DNA of 63,813 nt, filler included, from Diploschistes diacapsis (GCA_023645945.1; 19 parts of 19 records of this genome joined end to end with filler, not necessarily neighbours in it); one strand, 5' to 3'. Shown: positions 35,705 through 49,900, counted from the whole stretch's first letter. Numbers and translations are program-made. The notes: generated by a model not told the origin, from the letters alone.

Positions 35705-38421
35705 ATGGTGAACCAAGACCTCCAGTCTAAGAAGCGCAAGCGAAAGCATCGGTCTGCAAAGGAAGCAGGTCCAGCGGCAGTTGTCGCTAATGACATGGAG
35801 GATGCGCAAGCGGCAGGGACCACAGTGGACGTTGAGAAGAAATACAAGAAGAGAAAGAGGGATAGCCATGAAGAGGTAGTTGCGGTCAACATAGCTCACC
35901 AGGAAGTTCCTGCAGCAACATCCGCCCTTGACCCCGAGTTCAAAGAAGCGCAACAAGCTCCAGTCGAGAATGTTGACGGAAATTTTGCCCTTTCGACAGG
36001 CGAAAAAACATCCGAAGACCCACCAGATGCTGAAGACGACGCTTCAAACATCCCTTCCACTACAAGTCTCTCACTGCCCGCAACAGGGCCCGATCCCACA
36101 AAGTTTTCTGAGCTCCACCTGTCTGAGAAAACCATGAAAGCAATCGAGGGCATGGGCTTTGGGGAAATGACAGAGATACAACAGCGGGGAATACCGCCAT
36201 TGCTTGCTGGAAGGGATGTTCTGGGTAAGCATTCTGACATTACTATAAACTCTATACTAATCAGTATTAGGCGCCGCAAAAACGGGCTCGGGGAAGACGC
36301 TCGCCTTCCTAATCCCGGCAGTAGAGATGCTAAGTGCTTTGCGGTTCAAGCCTCGCAATGGTACTGGAGTTCTTATAGTGTCGCCGACAAGAGAGTTGGG
36401 GCTGCAGATATTTGGTGTTGCCCGCGAACTTATGGCACATCACTCTCAAACGTTTGGGATAGTCATGGGGGGTGCTAATAGGAAAGCTGGTAAGCCCTGA
36501 GCGGCATGAGAATAGCAGTTACGATGGAGCTGATCTATGCAGAGCAGGAGAAGCTGGCCAAAGGAGTGAACCTACTCATTGCAACGCCAGGGCGGTTACT
36601 GGACCACCTTCAAAATACGCAGGGGTTTGTTTTCAAGAATCTGAAAGCGGTATGTTCTGGAGCCAGTTGTTGTTCATGTTCTTCAGGTACTGATTTGTTT
36701 CTAGTTAGTCATAGACGAAGCGGATAGAATTCTAGAAGTGGTAAGTATTGATTAGAAGACGGCTCTTAACAGAGAACTGATAACATGCAAGGGCTTTGAG
36801 GACGAAATGAAGCAGATCGTCAAGGTAGGACCAGCTTTCAGCTCTCAATTTTGACTGCCGAATGGCTAATAAGCTGGTGACAGATTCTGCCAAAGGAGGA
36901 ACGACAAACGATGCTTTTCTCCGCTACCCAGACTACTAAGCTAGATGACTTGGCTAGGATCTCACTTCGGCCGGGGCCTCTCTACATCAATACGGACCAT
37001 AGAAAAGAGCATAGCACGGTGACTGGTCTCCAACAAGGATACGTGATCTGCGACTCCGATAAGCGCTTTCTCCTGTTGTTTTCTTTCCTCAAGAGGAATC
37101 TGAACAAGAAGATCATCGTCTTTTTGTCGAGCTGTGACTGCGTAACGTAAGTTAATTCCGCTGATTAACCTTGTATCAGATACGCCCTAGCTAAATGCGA
37201 ACCTGTAGTTATTTCTCGGCACTTCTAAACTACATCGACCTTCCAGTTCTCGACCTCCATGGAAAGCAGAAACAGCAGCGGCGGACCAATACCTTTTTCG
37301 AATTTTGTAATGCTCAGAAGGGGATCTTGCTGTGCACTGACGTTGCGGCTCGGGGGGTGAGTACGCTATGGTTTTCTTTCTTCTTGCCTCTTTCCAATTT
37401 TCCGTGCTGACTATATTACAGCTTGACATATCAGCCATTGATTGGGTAATAAACTGGGATCCACCGGACGACCCGAGGGATTACATCCATCGAGGTGAGT
37501 AGAAATACTTTACCATATTTGCATATTTTCTCAATTTCCTTACGAACAAGAACGTGGTCGATCCCCTAAAGGAGCTGTGACGACTTCATCCCCGTACTGT
37601 CGTCGAAGGTGAGCTGTATCAGTGCCTACCTGCCATTGGATGGAAGGCACTGTCGGCAGACCCTTGAGATCTAGTTACTGAGGCAGCAAAGATCTTGGAG
37701 GGGGAAGATGCGGTTGCATATGCGATAATGTTGGTTTACTAAACGCTGACTGCATTTTACATCAGTCGGCAGGACTGCGCGCGGAGCGGAGGGAAAAGGG
37801 AAAAGTCTCCTGTTTCTCCAACCCTCCGAAGTGGGATTCCTAAAGCATCTCGCCCAAGCAAGGGTGCCACTCGTGGAGTATGAATTTCCGGCAAACAAAC
37901 TGGTTAATGTGCAGTCGCAACTTGAGAAACTCATAACACAAAATGTGAGTTTTCGAGAATCCGGTTTAGCGAGTTTGTAGTTAACAATCTATAGTACTAC
38001 CTAAACAAGGCATGTGATCTTGTTTCCTTTTCTATGCGCTCTAGGATTTTTGCTAATTGAGGCCTTGTTGATAGTCCGCAAAGGACGGCTTCCGCTCCTA
38101 TATCCATGCCTACGCCGCTCACAGTCTCAGGACGGTATTCGATGTGCGTCAACTTGACTTGACGAAGGTAGGGCCGTGCTTTCCCATTTTTATGGGATAT
38201 GCTAACCGATTTGCAGGTAGCGAAGAGCTTTGGCGTAAGAAAGGTCCTTTTCGGTTACGGTGGTGCTTATGCTAAACACGAGGTAGTTTCCCACGGCGCC
38301 GCGCGTAGACATTAGTATAGGGGCGAGTATGAGTCGGGATAGAAAAAAGGCCGGGAGGAGAGACTATGGAAGCCAGCCGAAGCAGTTTAGGAATAAGAGG
38401 AGGGATGGGCCTAGAGATTAG
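35705..38421 (+). CDS. HAS1: ATP-dependent DEAD-box RNA helicase HAS1
   Basis: Q motif [59 protein letters not shown]; 12 introns traced by hand. Confidence 0.95.
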
Positions 38422-39411
38422 AGATCTTGGGGGAAACTGGTGCAAGATTCATGCCGTTATGCAGTGAGGATAGATCTGTTTCCATGTAGAAACATATGCA
38501 ATCGACCTTCACATACAAGCCTCGGTTGTTGCATCCCCTTACAGAAATAGCCGGAGTATGATTCACGGACTCCTCCGCAAAAATTCCCCCATTATCAGCA
38601 ACAGATACAGAACAGAACCCTATCAATCACCTTGAGCGAACTAACAAAACCAATCACAGCGTTATGAAGCCTTTTAGTATCGTGTGCAAACAAAAGCGCT
38701 TCTAAGTAAAATAGACGGGGAGGGGGGGCCTTCGGTATCTCGTTTTCGAACCACTTGACAACCAGGTAGATAGTCATACTGAAATCCCCTTAACTAGTAT
38801 GAGGTAATACTGTAACATGGCGGGTTACCCGTGAGCGAGCAAGCAAGCAAACAAGCAGAGGAGTTCAGACGCCAGGGAGACATTCCCGGCAATAGGAGCA
38901 CATGCGGCTTGGCGTGTTCGATGCGCTGGCAGCACAGCACAGCACAGCGCAGAGAGCCAGGTTGGCGGGGAAGGGGCGTGGGTTGGGGTGGATGCGATGG
39001 CTGGGGGTTAGATATAGATACTTACTCTATCGTAGAAAAAGGAGGTGGGAGAAGGGAGATAGAGAGAGAGAGTGAGTGAGGGAGAGGAAGAGGGGTGATG
39101 ATACAAGGGAGGGACCGCCGGGGCCGAGCGGCCGGGGGAATCTTTTATCGGGGAGGGGCTTTTGGCAACTCTTAAATACAATTGGAGATGTAAAAGCTCC
39201 CCCAGTATGGAATTTGCTGCACTGAAGGTATAGAGAAAGCTTTGACTGGTTACTCTTTATTAGCAGGGAAACTTGATTGATAAAGAGAGGTCTGTTTTTA
39301 CGGATATGCCGGTCATTTATTGGCTTTCGGCAACGTCCAGAGAGTTACCTGATGCCCTAGACTTTGATAGGCCCGCCAGCAGGATGCCCCGGGTAAAGGT
39401 AGTTTTCCGCC

Positions 39412-39444
39412 CAATAATAATATAATAATATAATAATAATAATA
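39412..39444. repeat. Imperfect (AAT)n microsatellite
   Basis: AATAATAATATAATAATATAATAATAATAATAA. Confidence 0.85.
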
Positions 39445-39989
39445 AGAAAGCACATCGACCAAAAACCCACCACTAGTAGATCAATAATAATCGCTCCTTC
39501 AGACCTTCTCCTCTGTTTCTACGGAAACAAGGTGCTTGAATCTATTCTCAGCTCTTTAACTGTCGCTTGTACTATTGGTAGTACCACCCGATCCTGTGCC
39601 ACGTTAACCTGAACCGGTCTGGGCGGTGGAATTTGACGGTAGTGGAGGCTGGGGCACCTTTTTTTTTCATTCTGGGACCTGACGACATATTTGACGCTTT
39701 TTGTGCTGCGTCGAAGCTTGCTGTCCGTTACACTCTGTCGCACTCTTCGACCCGACCCGCGACACCTTTCACCTCCCAGCCTGTCACTTTCACTTTGATC
39801 TTTGGCCCTCCTCCGGCCAGAGCCATCCCCCGCCCCCTCACCTTTGCAGAACTTCAAGCTGGGCCTCTCTGTGCCCGTGAGCTACAGCCTTGCGCAGCAG
39901 GGGAATCTCTCCATTCAATTGGAAACCTCACCGAAACAAAAATCCGATATGATTACCCTTCATGAATAAAGTTTTGTTCATTCAGCGCA

Positions 39990-42900
39990 ATGGGTGTTAG
40001 TACCTATCGAAACCCACCTCTATTGCCTACCCCAACCGAATCCACCATCCTCCACCCGTCGGCCGATGAGATCCATGCAGACCTAGCTACAGATGTTTCT
40101 CGACGAACCGACCACACTTCGTTCTCGGTGCCAGAAGATGGTAGCCCTGTTACCGTGAGAACTGGCGGAAAAGGCGACAAGATTTCACACCGCACCAATC
40201 AATCCCAGACCTCTTTACTCATCGAATACTTTGAAGGTGGGAAAGGTCCTAACTTTCGCTCGAGGCCGAGCGTTAGGGTCAAGGTTACTCCTTCGTCGTC
40301 CAAAAAGGGCAAGGATATAAAGGATCATATCCAAGTGACCCAGACGGAAGGAAACAACAGGAAGCCTAGCTATACCCGCAGAATATCTCTAGGTCCAAGA
40401 GACAGGGGCGAGACACACATCATCAAGAATACTTCGGAAAGTATCAGCTCGTTCGCCGAAGACTCGGCTTTTTCGCAACATTCGCCTATCGAAGTTGAGG
40501 TTTTGCATAGGGATCAAGAGAGCGATCTTTCAGGAACCAGTGGCTCAAAGGAGAACTCACGCTATATGGCCATCAACCAGTCCGAAGTCTCATCAATGCC
40601 GGCGGAGAGCATGCTTGAAGGACACCTTGATCATGCCACACCGAAGCGTAGCCGTAGCCGCAGTCTATCGCGCATAGCAGTAGCATCTACTGCGGCAGCT
40701 ATTGGGGCAGCAGCGGTAAATGACACGTTGAAAGCGCCATCGAGAAGGCGCAGCCGCAGTCTGAGCCGCGAGAGACTGACGAGAAAGGTCATTGAGAAAC
40801 TGGAGGCGAAAGAGGCAAAGGAGTCCCGAGCCATTTCGAGCAGGCACAAGCACGGCGGCGAGAGCGGGAGTCGGAGCGCGTCAAAGGAACAATTGACCGA
40901 AACCTTGAGCTCGCCTCGACGGAAATCCGGCAAGAATCACCGCGTCGAAGACTTACCGAGCGAATCGAGCGCTGTGACAGGCTCACAGCTATCGGAAGCT
41001 CGCTCTTATCGATCGGATGCTTCGAAATCTTCGGTAACTAATCCAAAGCTTCTCGCAGCCGTCGAAGACTCAATTCGTCGGCTCATCCTTCCGGAGCTGA
41101 ATGCACTGAAAGCAGAGCAAAGACGGGCTAGCAGAGAGCATGAGCACAGGCGGGACTCGGCCGGAAGCTCCAGGGATGGCGATCCGAGCGTACGAGGCCA
41201 GTCTCATCCAGAAGATTCTATCAAGAAAAAAGGCCGTCGTCACCACGACAAGAACGAGGAATCTCCGTCGGGAAGGAGCTTCGAGCGAGAAGTGTCGCAG
41301 GAAACGGTAGTACATGATGGAGAAAAGAGGCACCGAAAACGTAGCAAAGAGGGGTCGTTTCTAAAGGAAGCTACGGCAGGAGCTATTGTTAGTGGGTTGC
41401 TAACGCAGGCTGCGTTGAAGCATCATGATTCAAGTTCAACGGTTGACCGGAAAGAAAGACGACGAAAGAGAAGCAAAAGCCATAGCCGGACCCACTCTGC
41501 TACCAACAGTGCGGCAGGGACAGAAGAAATCTTCAAAAAACACGATGTTCCCCAAATGCCTATGCGCAGCAGCGAATTGACCAACTCAGATGTCACGAGA
41601 GACTCTATCCTGTCTGAGCGAACTTCCACACCGACTTCCGAACACCGTAGGATAGAGATACGCAACGTGGCTCGGGCTCCGGCAAAGGGAGCCTATTCGC
41701 CATCACAAACACCCACTGGATCGCCTTCGGGACTTCGCAATTCGGTAACTTACGATGACGAGTATCATGACGACTACAGTCAGAGCGGGCAAAGCTATGA
41801 AGAAGCCAATCATCTATACGGCGAGGCCGCGCTAGCAGGAGCTACTGCCGGAGCTGGACTCATGGCAGCCCATCACGCTTTCGACCAGCATGATAATGTA
41901 ACGGCCGGAGGGTACCAGCACGGTCGTAGTTTGAGCCCCATCCAAAGCGTCGCGAGCTACGAGGAACGTGACGAACCATCGCGGAAGAATTCGAAACGAC
42001 AGGCTCCCAAAACAGCGTCCTTGTCCTCGCTGGACAAGCAACGGCATGCAAAACATATTTCCTTGAATTCCGAAGATAGTTTCCAGCCGAAGCAAAGACC
42101 TGAAGGTATCAGCTTGGAAAGTGGTAGTGATATCCTTGCAGGGCACGAGCATGAACTCAATGACAAAGAGCATGATCACCGTGCGGGCCATGCCAATGAA
42201 TCCTGGTTCGAAGGCGACGATGGCGAGCAATATCGTAATTCAGCTGGAGTGGAGAGCTACGACAGCTCCAGAGTCCCGGTCGGACGTCTCACTCAGTATA
42301 CAGATGACAGCATGGACGCTCCCTATCTGGACAGGGTCACTGCTGCTCAACAAGTACGTGGTGGTGTCGGTGCAAATCCAGAGTGGATTCATACACCAGT
42401 TGCAGTCGAGTCTGCCGTAGCGTCGCTCCTTGAGCCCTCAACTGCCGATGGTTATTCGATGAGATCTCATCCGGGGGAGTCTCACATGGGTTCTCCAGGT
42501 AGTGACGGCCGCCAAGAGTTCACACGCGAGCAACACGGAGCTGTTGTAGCTGCGTCTGGGAGTCCCTTGAAGCAGCGACAGGACGTCGATATTTCAGAGC
42601 ATGAACCAGTTCGGGGCCCACAAGTCACGATGGGGTCTCCTCGCCAGAGCCCACCGCAGTCGGAAAGGAACCGTGAGAGTTACGTTGAGATGACTGGTTC
42701 CGCCTTGCCCAATCCCAACGATCCGTTACCGGAAATTATGGATGTTGACTCCGAGATCAGCACAAACCCACCCGACATTCAGGGCCCCAAGAAATACGGT
42801 ACGCCGATTCAGTGGCCGTACCACCAGGCAACGCCACCACAAACACGGGAGGGAAATCTCGTCAAGTCAAACAACACCAGCGCTCACGAGAGTTTAGCAT

Positions 42901-45216
42901 CCGCGGCCAAGAACATGCTTGGTGTTGCCGCCGCAGCTGGTGCGGCTGCGGCGATCAACCAGCGTCGCAACGCCAAGGACTCTTTCGAGGACCTGGAAAA
43001 CGAAGGCTCTCAAGATAGGGACTTGGGCGCCGAGACTACTTACAAGCAAGGAATTGAAGGAGGCTTTCATAATGGCTATCCATATGGGAACGAGCAGCAT
43101 ATGCCAACCTCGCCCAGAGATGAAGGATACGTCACGCAGCTGGAGCAGGATCGTTCGGCTGGTGCTCTGACGCCGGACAACCGCCGCAAACCCATCAAGA
43201 CTCCCGAGTTTTTCCCGGATCCGACCGGCGGCATAGGCCTATTAGGTGCAGGAGATGCGTTTGCTGGCACAAAAGATGATCCGTTCATGGCTCCAGATCC
43301 GAGGCGGGTCAGCGGAAACTCGCATGGAATGATGTCGCCACTTTACGATGCTGCGACAGGACAGGGCATCGACAGGATCCAGTCAAAGGACATAATTGCT
43401 CTTATGGATCATGTGAGTTGGATTCGATCCTTTATTTTTATTTTTTATTTTGTTTTAAAAATTTCTAACTTTGATATAGCTTACCGTACGCGATGCACAA
43501 CGAAACGCCAGAGATACCGAGATCCTCGTCACACTAGTCAGGAGTGCAGCTGAGATGCGGAACTCGTTTGAAGAGATGAAGAAATTCATCCGGGAACAAG
43601 ACGATATGGTGATACAGGTCGGTAACAAGCAGCACGAAAAGACCCAGCGAGTGATTGGAGGGCCTCGTCCGCAGCCGCCTCGGGCACCCAAGAGAGCTAT
43701 GTCAGCTGACGATAGCTTGGCTGAGAATACATCGACGAAGAGCCGTAATCTATTCCGGCGTGCCCTAAAAGGTCTGAGCGGAAAGAATAACGGCGACCTT
43801 ACAAGAATCGAGGAGATGATGAATCAGATACTTGAGGAGGTCACCGATCTGAAAGCTGGTCAAGACATCCAACCGACTGCCAAGTTTTCACCTCGAGCGC
43901 CAGGTTTGACATCGTACGAGCAATTGAGAGATGCGCCGACGGACCTCCAAGATGGCTATGAGCCTGAAGGTCAAGCCGGGACCTCTTCAACGGGAAACCA
44001 CTCTGGCTACTTCTCGACCCCGCCCTCGGGAAGGAACAGTCGACAACAGTTCTCTGATCGGCGTAGGGCTTCACAGAACAGGGTCAGCACCGTTATGGAA
44101 GAGCGCGAGGAAGAAGAAGGTGATGCAGTTCTGGAACAGCACGAACAGGATCTGCTGCAGCATGAGGACACAGAGCAGATGCTTACTCCAACCCGTGGCT
44201 TGCCTCGCGGTGGCTCCATCCCTGCTGGGACTCCTCCGGCTGCTAATGCTGTGCGAGAGTCTCGCAGCCACGAGAACACACCGAGAACCGACAAGGGCAA
44301 GAAGAACAAAGCCAATACCTCGTGGTTCTCCCCAAAGATCTCGCGCTGGTCCAAGACCACCGCTTCCTCTGTCCACGAAGGCGGCCGCAAGAGCCTGCAG
44401 AAAGACAGGCCCTATTCTTCCATCTCTCGTTCCGGGTCCGACCTACCGAACTACGAGGGCGAAGACCACTACGATGCTACAGGCGACGATCGTCTGCGCT
44501 CGAACATCTCTCTTGCAAACGACCAGCAAGTTCGTCCTCCCTCTCCCCTGATCCCCTCCCAAGTCTCTGAAGACGCCCAATACCACGCCCACCGCAACAG
44601 TCTAAATCTACAGCACCCTCAACCTCGCCAAGGGCCCACGGCCCGGTATCAGAACCACCTTGAGTCCCAGGTCCACAACCTAAATCGGGACGTGAGTTCT
44701 CCCATTTCGCCATCGTCAGACCACTTTGGCTCCAACCCCATCTTGGCGGCGCGGTTCGCAGGCACTGCCGGCAACCGCAACTCTGGCGCGGGCAATCTTT
44801 CGCCCATCTCCGATATGGGCACAAACTCCGAGCTCGCCGTGCAAAAGACTGCTATCTCTGGCCCGCCGCGTCCGCCAAAGGTGAAGGATGATGGACCACT
44901 GATACCGCCCAAGGTACCGCTGGAGGAGAACAAGCCGAGCTTTGCAGGGAGATCGGCGGCTGCTAGGGAGTTCAGTCAGGTAAGAATGAGCATTCCCTTT
45001 GATAGATCGAATCAAAGTGGGATGTATTAATATTATTCGTAGAGTAATGGCGCTTCGCTTTCGCCTCCTAGCGGGAGAAAGCCAGGCGGTCCGAGACCGC
45101 AGGTTGCGTCGGGCACTTTCAGCCCGGACCGCGCCGCGACGGTTCAGAAGACGAGGTATGCGGGGAGCCCGAACGCGATTCCGGGTGCGGAAGAGGAGGA
45201 TGACGAGACGTTTTAG
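39990..45216 (+). CDS. Large conserved, low-complexity Pezizomycotina protein of unknown function (~1700 aa)
   Basis: ORFs joined by GT-AG introns 43413-43479 and 44980-45042; conserved-looking blocks SLLIEYFE..RPSVRVKVTPS and IQSKDIIALMDHLTVRDAQRNARDTEIL; start codon uncertain. Confidence 0.85.
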
Positions 45217-45660
45217 GCTGGAAGGGTGGGATTGGTCTCACCGGTATGGAATACGGAACAGTGATACCTGGGTCAAGGTGGGAAGGCATTTGGCGATGGG
45301 AGACCCGCCTGAGAAGGGTTTCAATCGGCTTCAACCGCAAAGGGCATGGGTTGCCTTCCAGCTACGCTCCAAGTCGAGAGGCTCAAGATGAAGCGCTAGG
45401 CGATGCAATAGGTACAGCGAAACACTGTAGCTTGATGTGCCGGACCACGCTGTTGTGCACTGCACGTCTCCAATATACTTCAACCACGGGAACTTGCCCC
45501 GCCCGGTTGCTTCTCATCAAGGCTACTACACCGTCCACACCGTCTGGAGCCCCTTGGTACTTTTGATTTGGGTTGGTTACGACAATACACGAAACGACGC
45601 GATGTCTAGATAATGTCTTCTTCTTTGGCACTACTGCTCTGCTGCTCTGCATGGTTTGAC

Positions 45661-45691
<31 letters not shown>
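45661..45691. repeat. (TGT)n microsatellite
   Basis: Ten TGT units downstream of the large gene. Confidence 0.95.
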
Positions 45692-46899
45692 GGCCTTTGG
45701 CAGAGAGGGAGAAGCGGGTGAAGTGGGCGTGCAGAAGGAAAAGGAAAGGGAAAGGGAAAAGGCAAGAGAAAAAGATGGCGGAGACATGGCGGAGAGGAGA
45801 GCCAGGGATGAATGGACAGGTTGGTTTGAAATGAGCCGGGCATATAGGTGGCAAGCTAGCAAGCTAGCAAGCAAATGGCATCTTAATGGTGATTAGAATG
45901 TACGGAAGTAGCCCCCCATAATGAAGGTTAGCACCGCGGTAATCGGCGCCACACAAGCAGGGCCGTTTACCATATATCTTCAGCTTTTTTTTGTAGGGCA
46001 AAACACCCCTGCTTTGTGTGGCGTCGACTACCGCGGTGCTAACCTTTATTATGGGGGGTACCGTAGTAGGGGGTGAGGGTATTCAGCAGCATTTGGACAG
46101 CTGAATGCGCCCTAGTTGTGTGCGGTGTTTGGCGCTTAGAGTCTCTATGACCTTGGTACCTCCGAGTTAGTAAAGCAAGCCAAGCCCGGGGGGGGGAGCC
46201 CCTGAGGCTAAGTCTGGAAAAGGTAAAAATTGCCCGACCGACCCACGGGAGTGTAGAAAGCAAGTTGGAACCTTCTTCCCCCATCCCCCCTACTAAAAAA
46301 AAACAAGGGGGTTACCCCCATACCAACACAAGGAAAAAAAGAGTTCTTTTCGCGGCGCGCCGCCAGGAAACCCCNNNNNNNNNNNNNNNNNNNNNNNNNN
46401 NNNNNNNNNNNNNNNNNNTTAATTAATTAANNNNNNNNNNNNNNNNNNNNNNNNNNNNNNNNNNNNNNNNNNNNAAATAATAAAAGAACTAAAAATAATC
46501 AATAATACGGTATTTTTCTACATTATAACCATCTTATTTATTTATTTGCAAAATATCTATCGATCTTAATCTTAATATAATTCTTAAAAGGATAAAACCG
46601 GAACAACTAAATAGATGTACAAGAATATTCAAAATCAACCCGGATTCCTTTAAATCTAGAAATGCTTTCAAATACAATTTTTCTTAAATTAAAATAGGCT
46701 TATAACCTTTCCAACTATATAAAATATAATAAATACTTATACAAGAAGTTAAAGACATTAAATACGGTTTCTTATATAACGAAATAGGTTTTAAGAAAAT
46801 AAATAATAGAAAATTCACGCGTGTTTTACGCGGCTTTTATTTATATTATTAATCCGTGTATAGACTTTTTAAGATTTAAGTATTGTTATAATCAACTCT

Positions 46900-48480
46900 A
46901 AAATACGAATAACGTGGCGAGACGTGCAAGATACTAAAAAGAAAGGTCAGCGTAAAAAGCATTTAATAAAAAATAACGACCGAACCTGCTACCTAAGCGA
47001 TACTTAAGAATTTAAATATCCATATATAGCGGGGTCCGATTCCCAAAAGATTAACATAAACTCTATACGCGGTCTAGATCACGGTATTCAACTAATTTAT
47101 AAACCGACGTTATTAATATCGCAATAACGGAAAAAAGCGTCGAAGTTCATCGACGTAAAAACCGATAACTTTAAACTAATTACAGCCGCACGTCGCAAAA
47201 ACAAAGACCTAAAGGACCTATTCTTAAACGAAAATCTAAATCTCGTTTAATCGAATACTAACGATAAAGCTCCAAAACATACTAATAGAACGATAATATT
47301 TATCAACTTTAATTCGTTAAAGAAACGAATACTCGAATTTGCCGAAAATAACCCTGAAATAACCATCTTAAAACGAAAACAGGCGTAAATCGAACAAAAA
47401 TGGCCAAAATTTCTTCAATATACGGGATTAGATACTATCGAAATTACAAAAGAACAGATTAACGCAGAATTAAAAAACGATAATAACGGTAACGAAAATT
47501 TACAACGAAAATTAAAAGAAGAGGCCAAAAAACGAATCTTGAATGTAACGTAAATAAGAATTCGAAAAAAAGTTTAGAAACAATAGTTAAAAAAATCTGA
47601 TATAGTCCTTTTTATAGTTTAAAGAAGGTGTATTTTTGACGAGGTTCACGAGAGAGCTAGCCAAGATAATGAAATTATTAAATTTATTAAAGATATACCT
47701 CAATGCTATTTTATTATCTATATAACAACTATATCGACAAATGACTCCGACCCGGGACGTATAGCGGCGTAATACGAAGCTATAACAATTAATTAAAACT
47801 TAAAAAAATATAATATATATCCAATTCTTTTAAAAGCCGAAAATATCGAAAGAAAAATAAAAACGACTTTTCAAAAAAAGAAACACACGCAATTAAACGA
47901 GCTTATATCTAAAGCTTAAGATATTTATTAAGTACTTATACTCCGACGCAGTTTCAAGACGAAATAAACGAACGATCAACCTCTACTACCTCCGGTCCCT
48001 TATAATTTCTACGTAATAAAAATCGAGTTACCTTCAGATACCAGAACTGCCCTTAAATAATTTTAAAAGAAAGGAGATACCGCAGTTATTTAAAGATTTA
48101 CACAAAGATTAATCGAATGACGCGATAATATTCATAACGAAACGAACGTCGAACCCTATTTCGATTTTAAAACATATTTACATAATATACGAAAAACCTT
48201 TATAACCTCTTTTTTCCCATTTCTTTTAACTTTACGTCAGTTATACCCCGAGATTATAATCAAATACATTATATTAAACCTCGAATCCGACTCGGAAGTC
48301 AAAACTTTCTATTAACGACATACTAATAATATTAGATACTCATCCGTCAAACTAAGATCAATAATAGAAATATATAATAAAGCGTCGAAAAAAAGACCCG
48401 AAAACTCGCCGGTTTTAAAAACCTTAATGTTCATATAATACCCGATAATCGTTAATCTTTATATAAAGGTATAAAATCTT
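46900..48480 (+). pseudogene. RIP-destroyed SNF2/SF2-like helicase relic
   Basis: V(W>*)RRCIFDEVHER at 47617-47655 resembles SNF2 motif II; long stop-riddled frame; boundaries approximate. Confidence 0.45.
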
Positions 48481-48658
48481 TTTTAACCTTTTAAACATTA
48501 GAATCTATTATTTATATCCTTTTTTTATTCATTCCGTTAATAATAATATAGTTTATCCNNNNNNNNNNNNNNNNNNNNNNNNNNNNNNNNNNNNNNNNNN
48601 NNTTAATTAATTAANNNNNNNNNNNNNNNNNNNNNNNNNNNNNNNNNNNNNNNNNNNN

Positions 48659-49900
48659 CTATTACCTACAAACGGATGAATTTTTAAAACGAACGAACCA
48701 GATAGTCGAAATAACGCTTCGTTACCATATCAATTAATTATTAAATGAGCGAAATTGGATATTAGAATTAATAAGAATTTAATTTATAATTAACAACTCG
48801 ACAAACTTCAATATTACTAAATTATCTCCTTCGGAAATATTTTACGGCTTTCGTCTACGCGAGCTATTTAACTTAATAATTCTAAAATTAGAAATCAATC
48901 CTTTAGAATTAAAATAATTAATTAACAATTTACCAGACGCATAATTTACAACAGATGCTACCAATTTCTCTATAATAAACCCCACTGCCGTTAAGGTTGA
49001 AACATTCGTTACGACATGGAGCGAAACTACTCAGCAAATACAATCATATATAAGAATACCGGGTATAGAGATCAGAATACTTCAAAAAACTAAAGAATAA
49101 TACACACCAGAAATCATTATTAGGAGAGACATTAGGGCACCTAAAGAAGATACCAATGTCCCAAAAGAGAGAACCGCAGTAGCCGCGTCTACCGCACCTC
49201 CTACTACCATACCCAGAAGGTAAACACGAAGATTTATAAATGCACGCCAAAACGAAGCTCGCGATATTAAAATAATTCTGTTATCTTAAGATACAACATT
49301 ACGAGAAATACGACGTAAACGTAATATAATCGCGGACCTAATACGATTAAGATTAGAAATAATAAATACGAAAAATATATTAACTATAATAAAGATTGTT
49401 ATAAAAAAGACGTATAATCGAAAATATAAAATTTACTTTATATAAAAAAAGAATTTTGCGATATTACGACTATATAAAAAATATAAGATACCCGTGGCCC
49501 TAAATAAGAAGCTTTTACCGTAATTCGCTAGTTCCTTTAAAATTTTAAAACGAATAAGTAAGCTCGTCTACAAACTGGAACTTTTTTAATATTATAAAAT
49601 ACACGATGTCATCAATATAGCATATCTAGAACCTGTTTTAGACCCCGCCGACGACCCCTACCACCGCCGATCCTTATTCTTACTCCCTATGACGGTCGAC
49701 TTGGAGGAAGGATATTATAAAGTAAATAAGTTATTAGCTAAGAGAAGATTTAGGAAGGGTAAAAAATAGAAAACCGAGTATTTAGTACGTTGAATAGGCT
49801 ATAATGCTAGTAAGGATATATGGATATCGAGTAAAGAATTATTACGATATACCAGCGACATTGTTGTCGATTACGAAAGGAGATACGAAAAACTTAGAAA
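48659..49900 (+). mobile_element. Gypsy integrase C-terminus and chromodomain (RIP-degenerate)
   Basis: QTDE..RTNQIVEITLRY, VYKLEL...KIHDVINIAYLEP and EYLVR motifs. Confidence 0.8.

Noticed and set aside
37610..37765. H/ACA snoRNA in the HAS1 intron
   Set aside because: No ANANNA hinge between the hairpins and no suitably placed ACA box
45383..45896. PolyQ/polyN/polyC ORFs
   Set aside because: Translations of the (TGT)n microsatellite in a 3' region
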